A stretch of 20,000 nucleotides of DNA from an uncultured virus (IMG/VR IMGVR_UViG_3300037847_003885). Its lineage: Duplodnaviria > Heunggongvirae > Uroviricota > Caudoviricetes. Shown in pieces: positions 9,701 through 16,945 of this stretch (its first letter is position 1; the number at the start of each line of letters is the position of its first letter). A program made the translations under genes and the position numbers. The notes beneath the pieces were generated by a model. The model saw only the letters and a list, made by a program, of their open reading frames with translations, had not been told where the DNA came from and did no database searches. The stretch spans positions 56,465-76,464 of the IMG/VR virus record IMGVR_UViG_3300037847_003885; one strand, given 5' to 3'.

Positions 9701-12309
9701 TCATTTATTGAATCAATAGTTTCTCTAATTCTATTTTCTTTTTCAGTAGAAACATTGTCACCACCAAATCTTAGGATAGACTGAATAGCATCAGTAGATG
9801 TTGTTTTAGGTTGGTATTTCTTTTTCGGACCATCTAATTTTCTTTGATGAAGTTTAGATGTTACACTTTGTAATTTAGACCTAGCCTCATCTAAATTAAT
9901 TTTATCATTAACAGCAAAATCGTGGTTATCTATATAATAGTCATGTAGAATTTTATAATTTTCATCGTTTTTATCAACAGACAAATTTTCTATAAAATTG
10001 TTGATTTTTCTACTATCTGTTGTATTGAGTATTTTACTAACTGAATTTACTAATCTAACTATTGGGTAATCGCCTGTTTCTATAGTATCTTTGACATTAC
10101 TATAAGTGGTAGGTTTAGAATCCCACCCCACATAATCTTTGAATTCTTGAAGGCCGAGACCTGCTGATAATGTTAAGTCACCTGTTAAAAAATCTTTAAG
10201 TTGCGCTATGGCTTTTTTTGGTGGAGTAAATGGATGACCAACTCTATTCAAAAATGTGTTATGTAATTGTGCTTTAACTGCTCTTTCGTGTAATCTACTA
10301 TCACTAGGATGCGTACCATACATAGATGTAGATTTAGGCATAATAGTAGGATTAGTTGAAGTGTGTGGTTCTAAATGTTGATTATGTGTACCTAGTTGTT
10401 GTTTAAAAGCAGGATTTGCTGTTCTTATTGCATACTCATACATTGGATTGATTGCCGATTTATGCTCGGTATAGTTATTTTTTTCAGTTCGATTAGAAGA
10501 TTTACCTGTACCAAAAGGAGAAAATATATTTTGCAAAGGCATTTTTTCGGGAGTATAATCAAATTTATACTTAGTAGCATCAAAAGCCCCTATGGGTGGC
10601 GCAAACAGTGGACCGAAATGCATTCCTAAAATAGTGTTATCTTGATTTGGCATCCAAAATTGATAGTTACTTGGGTCTGTTTGAAACATGATAGAGTTAT
10701 CTTTGTCATGTGACATAGAGTGTAAAAATTCAATCCATGTTGCAGGTGATACATTCATACCCGGTATATTAGCATACAAAGAAGAATAAAATTTACCCGG
10801 ACCGTATGTATATCCATCGGGATGATTTTCCCAAAATTCTTGTTTTTCTTCATCGGGATGAGGACCGTGTGGTGATTTTAAAAACGCTAAATCATTCACC
10901 ATTTCTTTTGCTAATTGTTGAACTGTTCCGTTGCGTCGTGCATGGTCTTGTACTTTTTCTAGCGTTGGTAAATCAATTATCGGCCCATCCATTTTACCAT
11001 GTATGGGGTGGTCATCAATTAACTGTTTAGTATTAGGGTCAAATCCCGCTAAGAAAAGTAAATCTTCCATAGAGAGTCTTTTGTGTTTAGATGCTCTTTG
11101 TAAATCTTGATAATTATATTTATCTTTAGGTTTTGTTTTATGAATTTGAAGTGACGGTAGTACTTGTAAAGGTGCTTTATCATCAACAGCATATTTTTCA
11201 TTAATCTCACTCAATATATAATCAGCGATAGGATAGTCTAACATATCGTTTTGATTATGGACATATTCTCCTAAAGCACTTCTAATGAATCTGTTTTCAC
11301 CTTGAGAATAATCTTCTTCATTAGATTGATTTCGATAATGAGCATTACGGCCAAAATTTTGATTTGACCTAAGCATAAAGTTCATTTCGGGTGTTCTTCT
11401 AAGTAAATTATTTACTGCTATTCTAGCGGTGGGTATTTTCTCACCATTGGGTAATGTAAGTGTTGATTTTTTATCTATACCTTCGTGTAACTGTTCTTCA
11501 ATAGAATCTCTTTCTTCGGGTGTAAACCATTCAAGACCGTACATAAAACCGTCTAAACCTAACTCTCCTTCTTTACTTGTCCACTCCTTTACTTTATCAT
11601 CAAAGTGACTATGGCGCAGTTCACTTTCCAACTCCTTGCCTTTCAAACCTCTACTTTGGAGTTCTGTTTCTAAATCTGCATTTTGCTTTTTCCATCTTCT
11701 ATAATCTCTTTCGTACAGATGATGTTGATGCTGTGCTACAGTTCCCGGTGCATTAATATCTCCAAGAATTGGTATAGTTTTAGAACCCGCTTTTATGCCG
11801 GTAACTAAAGGACTATTTTTTTCTGTCATAGTCTTATACCACTTTTTCTCCATCTCCATTTCTTGTGTACTTGCACCACCTAACGCAAATGACCTAAGCA
11901 CTTCAAACATATTTGGTAAACCTGTAGCGTGGTTTATCTGCCTTAATGGATGGTTCATTTCATGATAAGGAAAGTGAGTATCTGTGTAAGATGACTTCAC
12001 ATCTGCTCTATAAGTAGGAAATATCGAGTGACCTCTACCTTCTCTACGAATTAAACCGTTAGCCCAAACATGATTTGTTGGCTCACCAAAAGTAGGCATA
12101 CTAGCCAATAAATAACCTACACCTTCCTTTTTATCGAATTTAATTATTGTTTCAGCAGTATCTTTAAGATTTAAAGAAAATAAATCGCTAGGGGATTTTT
12201 CTAAAGATTCCCATGCCATAATGTATTCTGCGGCACTTCGAGATAAATCTAAACCATCGTAAAGAGATATTACAAACTCATTTTTACGAATGTTGAAATC
12301 ATCTATCAT
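6739..12309 (-). CDS. Giant (~1,856 aa) protein: unknown N-terminal ~1,370 aa plus a C-terminal degenerate ATP-dependent DNA ligase-like module (nucleotidyltransferase + OB)
   Basis: Ligase-like motifs in the correct order: WVVSKWYDGKR (I), YVIDGIL (III), IIDILNYD (IIIa), FERMKLL, HEVLLLRDGKSTYMKGERRHPKWMLLR (IV-V), and OB-like YNFIVLDV..YRLGAG..GDVVRV. GGCGGTGA SD favours the ATG at 12309. Confidence 0.8.
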   Translation of the reverse strand: MIDDFNIRKNEFVISLYDGLDLSRSAAEYIMAWESLEKSPSDLFSLNLKDTAETIIKFDKKEGVGYLLASMPTFGEPTNHVWANGLIRREGRGHSIFPTYRADVKSSYTDTHFPYHEMNHPLRQINHATGLPNMFEVLRSFALGGASTQEMEMEKKWYKTMTEKNSPLVTGIKAGSKTIPILGDINAPGTVAQHQHHLYERDYRRWKKQNADLETELQSRGLKGKELESELRHSHFDDKVKEWTSKEGELGLDGFMYGLEWFTPEERDSIEEQLHEGIDKKSTLTLPNGEKIPTARIAVNNLLRRTPEMNFMLRSNQNFGRNAHYRNQSNEEDYSQGENRFIRSALGEYVHNQNDMLDYPIADYILSEINEKYAVDDKAPLQVLPSLQIHKTKPKDKYNYQDLQRASKHKRLSMEDLLFLAGFDPNTKQLIDDHPIHGKMDGPIIDLPTLEKVQDHARRNGTVQQLAKEMVNDLAFLKSPHGPHPDEEKQEFWENHPDGYTYGPGKFYSSLYANIPGMNVSPATWIEFLHSMSHDKDNSIMFQTDPSNYQFWMPNQDNTILGMHFGPLFAPPIGAFDATKYKFDYTPEKMPLQNIFSPFGTGKSSNRTEKNNYTEHKSAINPMYEYAIRTANPAFKQQLGTHNQHLEPHTSTNPTIMPKSTSMYGTHPSDSRLHERAVKAQLHNTFLNRVGHPFTPPKKAIAQLKDFLTGDLTLSAGLGLQEFKDYVGWDSKPTTYSNVKDTIETGDYPIVRLVNSVSKILNTTDSRKINNFIENLSVDKNDENYKILHDYYIDNHDFAVNDKINLDEARSKLQSVTSKLHQRKLDGPKKKYQPKTTSTDAIQSILRFGGDNVSTEKENRIRETIDSINEMMMNPDLSQEQVMGLREDLQDAVTQLNQVQLSAKQKDKPTSHWKINAKQYLDMLRSHHDTVVDYAKNVVMPLVLEQQPDAFDPNNPVQFIHNVQKLLADTQRHILATDNHDLSPVTYGIDYNVVSQKPKEINEHGAIANHLLENGAEIDGNMSVDEVINMLNLEKTPAMKEHVANIINESSLRQQPLFVSTVGNLLTSGTLSKIGNADISHLHTPNDDIMGTEYDDLNSNDKFHHDLHNSNIHNAITIAQKRARKENENWKANPIHGLSQSLNHILNTKHFGQSMQNSGLEFFHARDFDAHGAKDMGKGVKKVTATTRNNLDSLIVLDERKLMDERGGILESAFEAPTTETVARAGLGTHSKIGRVNPTNASIYNIFGVGDIHEGFVAEPSFGIETNIEGEPIVGEYTQPGFYPRVSEEALNTLFGEETVQQVLPNLPPPQTTLSAHQGVNMDTYLSPSDDPSTIAMSEVSTYITSLLNPDILLMKNDDVKWSPPIRPMHRIFEISDLHHLRGFSGSWVVSKWYDGKRVIIVNEDETITTYDEDGKKVGLKKVFKENLSKLNKRDYVIDGILGEDELNIIDILNYDANNVSDMTMFERMKLLRSQFDSHENIIIPGPHDTKMTDEEGLDETVSNLQKEHEVLLLRDGKSTYMKGERRHPKWMLLRNTKDYNFIVLDVKGKNSHTYRLGAGPILDGSKLGNRAVEVNGQEYMDIGTIHNQTDSYKVGDVVRVSITGVTKKTRGGRDVFNVQMKQITGKGDGEGAASAESLDILTKSLTPILVPHDIEYDNNKLKVILKDVDTVEYDVVSYGNLWYLENPSTALSGMVKSNYPVTLAESMYPYWSAVAPLMFDGHLVKRDVLDEKPPSRKRQDKQSAGILDADDDNRLLKPTTKKALEIITRALDKLHKERTTWTGPKGLGIDMATPIESPSGPTRLANEETMPDYDGRKRSDEKEIEPKKNKKEKKPIKHIEVNDNTSQLSDFNKID

Positions 12310-12321
12310 TATTTTCACCGC

Positions 12322-12492
12322 CTATGATAGCGGTTCAAATAAAGGACATGCGTGTATATCCATACCTTGATGTAATTTACAACCCGAAGTATTTGTGCCA
12401 CCGCACTTTCTACATACTATAGGCATTCCCGCTTCTCCCGCTTCTCTAAGTTTAGAGTTGATATTTGCTTTTTTAACCGCTATAGGTTTCAC
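12322..12492 (-). CDS. Small zinc-finger-like protein (56 aa, GTG start; not in ORF track)
   Basis: GAGGTGA SD, then GTG. MKPIAVKKANINSKLREAGEAGMPIVCRKCGGTNTSGCKLHQGMDIHACPLFEPLS*. Fills the gap. Confidence 0.75.
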   Translation of the reverse strand: MKPIAVKKANINSKLREAGEAGMPIVCRKCGGTNTSGCKLHQGMDIHACPLFEPLS

Positions 12493-12501
12493 AATATCAC
12501 C

Positions 12502-13101
12502 TCAATCAAACTTTTCTTCTCTAACGACTCCTGTATCGGAGTGCGGGTTTTGTCTTGATGATAGTCTTTCCATGTTCACCTTAGAATCTGCTTTCTTTCT
12601 CTTTGGTTTAGCATCTTCAGTTTCAATAGTTTTACCATTAGTAGTAAAATAACCACTCTTAGTCTGTCCACCGGATTCTGCTACGAAGTGAGGATTGATG
12701 TCAGTGATTTTTTCGGGTGCAAATCCGGGTTGGGCTTTAGCCATTTTATTACCCGGTACACAATTTGCTTTACACATACCCGCTTTATTTACTTTAGAAC
12801 CACATGAAGGACAATCTTTACATGTACATTTTTTACCGCCACAGTCGGGACAACCTTCAGCCTTTGTAGCCATACCTGTATCGTCACCTGTACCCGGAAG
12901 AGGCATCTCACCGGTTTCACGCATACCCTCACGAGGTGTTCTCATGCTTTCCATTTTACCTCTTTTTGATGTTCGAGGTGTACCTGCTGACAGTGGTAGA
13001 GTCATTTCTTTCTCTATTCTATCTAGCCTGTCATTCATCGCTTTTGCTTTTTCAAGCATAACTGTAGTTTCATAACTCATCTTTTCAAATCTTGGCTTCA
13101 T
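12502..13101 (-). CDS. Hypothetical protein with N-terminal coiled coil and Cys cluster (199 aa)
   Basis: 'MLEKAKAMNDRLDRIEKE' and 'CPDCGGKKCTCKDCPSC...MCKANC'. ATGA overlap with the upstream gene. Confidence 0.75.
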   Translation of the reverse strand: MKPRFEKMSYETTVMLEKAKAMNDRLDRIEKEMTLPLSAGTPRTSKRGKMESMRTPREGMRETGEMPLPGTGDDTGMATKAEGCPDCGGKKCTCKDCPSCGSKVNKAGMCKANCVPGNKMAKAQPGFAPEKITDINPHFVAESGGQTKSGYFTTNGKTIETEDAKPKRKKADSKVNMERLSSRQNPHSDTGVVREEKFD

Positions 13102-13436
13102 TGTATCACATCTGTCTTTTTTGCTTGGTTTGCTAACTCATGAATTTCATCCCAATCCATATTGTGGAATTCTTCATTGGTTTGCGGGATAGTGGTATTT
13201 TGACCTTTTAGAATTGAATTATTATTTAGGTCGTTTCTAAAAGGGTCATCTTGTACATCTTCGGTAAACGGAGTAGTAGTTTTTACCATACCCATTTTTC
13301 TCAACAATCTTTGAGGGTTGTTAATTATACTTTTAAGACGCTCATTTTCTTGTTTTAAAATCTCTATGTTAGAATCCATAACTTCCATTTTAGTGATTAA
13401 AGCGTTCACTAAAAGTTCGGATTTATCTTCTGTCAT
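13098..13436 (-). CDS. Coiled-coil protein sharing its C-terminal motif with the protease-scaffold (112 aa)
   Basis: GAGGTCA SD; heptad-like N-terminus; C-terminal IPQTNEEFHNMDWDEIHELAN. Confidence 0.75.
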   Translation of the reverse strand: MTEDKSELLVNALITKMEVMDSNIEILKQENERLKSIINNPQRLLRKMGMVKTTTPFTEDVQDDPFRNDLNNNSILKGQNTTIPQTNEEFHNMDWDEIHELANQAKKTDVIQ

Positions 13437-13445
13437 AGTATGACC

Positions 13446-13802
13446 TCAATTTGAATAGCGGCCAAATGTACCTGCACTGCGGCTAAAGTTAGATTTTCTA
13501 ATTCCTGTAGTAATAGAGCCGGGAAGTCTTTGCCCTTGAATAGAACCTGTCCTTCCTCTTCCTTCGGTGAACTTCATTACAGGAACTCCACCTGCATAAA
13601 TATCATTTACACCTTTAGCGGATTCGGACTTTGCGATAACCGTATTTAGGTCATCTGCGAGGAAGTCTGCTAGTTTTTGTACTTCTGTCAAATGTTGTTT
13701 TGCTACTTCTGCATTATCACTTTCTAGGGCTGTTAGAAATCCCTTTTGGGCTTGTTCAAGTTTTCTTGCCATTGGGTGCATTTTGATTAATTCCATCTTC
13801 AT
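13446..13802 (-). CDS. Hypothetical helical protein (~118 aa)
   Basis: ORF track 13446..13817. The ATG at 13802 is preferred because it lies 28 nt downstream of a TATA box. Confidence 0.7.
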   Translation of the reverse strand: MKMELIKMHPMARKLEQAQKGFLTALESDNAEVAKQHLTEVQKLADFLADDLNTVIAKSESAKGVNDIYAGGVPVMKFTEGRGRTGSIQGQRLPGSITTGIRKSNFSRSAGTFGRYSN

Positions 13803-13826
13803 CCCTGCCTGTCTCACATACTACTA

Positions 13827-13841
13827 TAATAAAAGCGTTTC
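13827..13841 (-). promoter_or_regulatory. Putative archaeal BRE + TATA promoter
   Basis: The minus strand reads GAAACGC-TTTTATTA directly after the portal stop. TATA centre is ~28 nt from ATG 13802. Confidence 0.6.
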
Positions 13842-15629
13842 TTATGCACCTCTAAATCTTCGAGCATTCTGCATGGTGTTTACATTCTGCTGTCCAAGTG
13901 ATGGTGGTGGTCCTCTTTGTTGTACACTTGTTACAGGCGCACCACTACCCGGTGAGGTTCTTCTTTCGGGTGCGGCAGGACCACGGTTGCGTATTCCTAC
14001 ACCTTGACCACCCGGTTGTGGAGGTGGCATTGGCATGTTACCCATTGGCATACCCGGAGGCATACCTCTCATTGGCATACCCGGTGGCATACCACCCATT
14101 GGCATACCCGGAGGCATACCACCCATTGGCATACCCGGAGGCATTCTTCCTCCACCCGGTGGCATCATTGGTGGTGCGCCACCCGGAGGTGGTGCGCCTT
14201 GTTGTTCTTCGGGTTTAGGTTTACGATAAACAAATTTAATGTCGTTACTTGTATCACCACTAATCAATTCCGGCACGAAACCGAGTTGAGCCATTCTTTG
14301 TGCTACATTCAACTCTTGCTCATCACGGCGTAGTCTTGTAATTTCATCTTCTTCTTCGTTTGGATATAGTGTTAATTTCCAATCAAACACTCCCATTTGT
14401 TTTAGAATCTTAGGGAATAAAACATCAGTGTAAATTTTTTGTCCAAACTCTACTGCACGATTAGTAACAAGAATCTGTAGACCTTCGTTGTTAAGACCAC
14501 CGGACTTACCATTGTCTACCATAAATATACTTGATACACCAAAATAAGCGGCAATTCGATTTCTTATTTCATCACGGACAGCAATATATTGCATCTCTTC
14601 TAGGGTATCCATGAATTTAACCCAATTGACACCACCTCTACCGGTATTAGATTCAATACCAACTTTAGGTACATAGTGGGGGTCTCTCTCCATTTTTTCA
14701 TCTACTGACTTCCAAAATGACTTCATTGATTCAAGATTGTCGGTTGTAACAGAAATAATACCTTTAGGCATTCTACGCTTTTGATAAGCAGTATACATGT
14801 AGTTATCCATCGCTGTTAATGTCATGGCTTGTCGCCACATTGTATTGACAGGAGAACGGCCATATAATTTAGATGGATTATATTTACTGACATGGAGTAC
14901 TTCACCTTCAACGAAGTATTGTGTTTTACCACTACCTGCCATGTTTACATAGTGTACATCGTGTAAATCGCTACCACAAACTTCGCACTTATCATCTTCT
15001 GCGTGTGTTTTTACTTGGTCACGGTGAATTAAACAAGTCTTGTAACGACCACCTCTTACCCCTCTTTTATCAGCAACTATTCTCATAAATATAGGGTCAC
15101 CTCTAATCATTTCTTTTACACGATAAAATGCGACCTCTTTTGTTTCCGGGTCAATATAATACTCTTTTACAAATATCATAAATGCGTCATCTACAATATT
15201 TAGGTCATTTTCAATCTCATGTAGAACATGTAAGAACTGTTGTTCCATACTATTTTCTTGTTTGAGTAACCACTTAGCATATACTAATTCTTCGCTATCC
15301 GGTCCTCTAACTTCCCCACCGCATGTTTCACATACTTGTACATCGTGTTGATATTCTTCATCGCACTGAACACATTTCTTATGGAACTTCTTTTCCCAAT
15401 AGTATCCTCTTCTAAACATCTCTTGTCTTAATTTAGAAAGTACGGTTCTTAGAATCAAACATTCTGTGCTTACTGCATAAAGAGCAGGTATCGTGATACC
15501 CTGTGCCATTACAGGTTCTTGTATACCACTTGTCCAAAGCGGCATAGTCGGGGTTGGTGATGACTTACGCTTGAAGGGTTTACTCAATGTCGAAAGAAAC
15601 CGACTAATTCTACTTTCATCATCTGCCAT
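13842..15629 (-). CDS. Portal protein (595 aa) with zinc-ribbon insertions and Pro/Gly/Met-rich tail
   Basis: Portal-type motifs 'ENDLNIVDDAF', 'EVLHV...LYGRSPV', 'MPKGII', 'EMQYIAVRDEIRNRIAAYFGVS'. Located between terminase and protease. Confidence 0.88.
   Translation of the reverse strand: MADDESRISRFLSTLSKPFKRKSSPTPTMPLWTSGIQEPVMAQGITIPALYAVSTECLILRTVLSKLRQEMFRRGYYWEKKFHKKCVQCDEEYQHDVQVCETCGGEVRGPDSEELVYAKWLLKQENSMEQQFLHVLHEIENDLNIVDDAFMIFVKEYYIDPETKEVAFYRVKEMIRGDPIFMRIVADKRGVRGGRYKTCLIHRDQVKTHAEDDKCEVCGSDLHDVHYVNMAGSGKTQYFVEGEVLHVSKYNPSKLYGRSPVNTMWRQAMTLTAMDNYMYTAYQKRRMPKGIISVTTDNLESMKSFWKSVDEKMERDPHYVPKVGIESNTGRGGVNWVKFMDTLEEMQYIAVRDEIRNRIAAYFGVSSIFMVDNGKSGGLNNEGLQILVTNRAVEFGQKIYTDVLFPKILKQMGVFDWKLTLYPNEEEDEITRLRRDEQELNVAQRMAQLGFVPELISGDTSNDIKFVYRKPKPEEQQGAPPPGGAPPMMPPGGGRMPPGMPMGGMPPGMPMGGMPPGMPMRGMPPGMPMGNMPMPPPQPGGQGVGIRNRGPAAPERRTSPGSGAPVTSVQQRGPPPSLGQQNVNTMQNARRFRGA
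14041..14144 (-). repeat. 27-bp coding tandem repeat, ~4 copies, encoding MPPGMPM(G/R)G
   Basis: Plus-strand unit cccattggcatacccggaggcatacc(a/t), with copies starting at 14041, 14068, 14095 and 14122. Confidence 0.9.
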
Positions 15630-16927
15630 TACAAACTCTCCGCATAATTACCTATTGTATCTGCATCCACGCCCCATTTACTCAAGAAACTATCGGCCTT
15701 TTTCTTGTCGTCTTTCCAATTGTTATATGTAACAACACGATACAATTCGTCTTTTCTCATCTTATCTTTTTCATCTACAAAGGATAAAACAGCCTTTGCT
15801 TGCAACGATTTCATTTTTAAATGGGGTAATATACCTTTCAATAATTGCCTTAAATCATTTTTTGATGAGAATATGAGTCGGTGTTGGCTTCGGACACTGT
15901 TTTTATGTATTCTTTGATTTAGAACTAATCTACCGCAACCTAGTGCTTTGTGTAACTCTTCACACTGCATACGACCCCTATCACCTGTAGCGATAAATGT
16001 CGCTCTTGGTTCGCCCCTTTCTGTTATGAATATACTACCGTCAGCATCAAGAAAACCTGCGGCATAAGCCCATATATCTTTGATAATTAAACCATGAGAA
16101 TTAATTTTTACAAAGTCACCTCTACTGTTACTTTTGTAAATATCTATCTCTTCACCGTACATTTTCAATAGCATACCTACCTTTGTAGGGGTAACAGATT
16201 TAGATATAGTTCCAACACCTCTACGAACTAACTCACGACTACTAAGTGGACCGGATTTTGTTAATTCATCGGAAATAAAATTAAGAGTTGCTTTATCTGT
16301 TTTTGATATACTATCAATTTGATGCAAAGTGTTAGACCACATTTTACGAGCATCTTTTTTCAACTGTAAAGCATTAGCCCATTCTTTTTGGTCATCAACT
16401 CCCCAATCTAACTTTTCATTTAATAAATTCAATACGGTCATAGATTTAAGATACAATTGACATGCTTTTTGTAAAGAAGATGAACGAGATTCACCGAATT
16501 TACGAAGTGCTTTTAGGCTTCTATCATTAAGACCTATATTTTTTATTACATCTTCTAAACCTTCACTCCATGAAAGATTACCAATAGTGGCTTCTATTTC
16601 CATAGATTTTATTGTGCGAATGTCATCAATGATTGCATCAATACTTTCACGATTATCTTTATCTAATCTTCGCATTTTTCTACACATACGAATTATTGAG
16701 TTAGCGTCTTTACCGTATGTACTCTCTAACCACCCATCACCGTTAGGTGCAAAACTATACGATTTAATATCGTCATTAGAAAACAAACTTGATGATTTTT
16801 CTATAGGGGCTGTAGTAACTGTAAATTCGGGATGCTGTGATAAATTCGATAAAACGCTTTTTGTTAAATCATCAGCAGGTTGTACAGCGAGGTCGTACTC
16901 ATCACCTAGTAAAGCACTACCCCACAT
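15629..16927 (-). CDS. Protein with long helical N-terminus, possible winged HTH, and a C-terminal single-motif LAGLIDADG endonuclease domain (~432 aa)
   Basis: 'WAYAAGFLDADGSIFI', 'LHKALGCGRL' and 'LLKGILPHLKMKSLQA' are I-CreI-like. 'GPLSSRELV...TPTKVGMLLK' is wHTH-like. GGTGGT SD favours the ATG at 16927. Its stop overlaps the portal ATG. Confidence 0.8.
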   Translation of the reverse strand: MWGSALLGDEYDLAVQPADDLTKSVLSNLSQHPEFTVTTAPIEKSSSLFSNDDIKSYSFAPNGDGWLESTYGKDANSIIRMCRKMRRLDKDNRESIDAIIDDIRTIKSMEIEATIGNLSWSEGLEDVIKNIGLNDRSLKALRKFGESRSSSLQKACQLYLKSMTVLNLLNEKLDWGVDDQKEWANALQLKKDARKMWSNTLHQIDSISKTDKATLNFISDELTKSGPLSSRELVRRGVGTISKSVTPTKVGMLLKMYGEEIDIYKSNSRGDFVKINSHGLIIKDIWAYAAGFLDADGSIFITERGEPRATFIATGDRGRMQCEELHKALGCGRLVLNQRIHKNSVRSQHRLIFSSKNDLRQLLKGILPHLKMKSLQAKAVLSFVDEKDKMRKDELYRVVTYNNWKDDKKKADSFLSKWGVDADTIGNYAESL

Positions 16928-16945
16928 AATGACCACCAAATTGAC

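Noticed and set aside
6739..12309. Annotation as a functional DNA ligase (lig)
   Set aside because: Catalytic Lys and Glu positions of motifs I, III, IV and V are substituted.
14041..14144. 27-bp repeats as a CRISPR array
   Set aside because: No spacers; contiguous in-frame coding repeats.
15629..16927. LAGLIDADG as part of an intein or intron
   Set aside because: No intein splice-junction motifs, flanking genes appear intact, and it has its own SD and stop.
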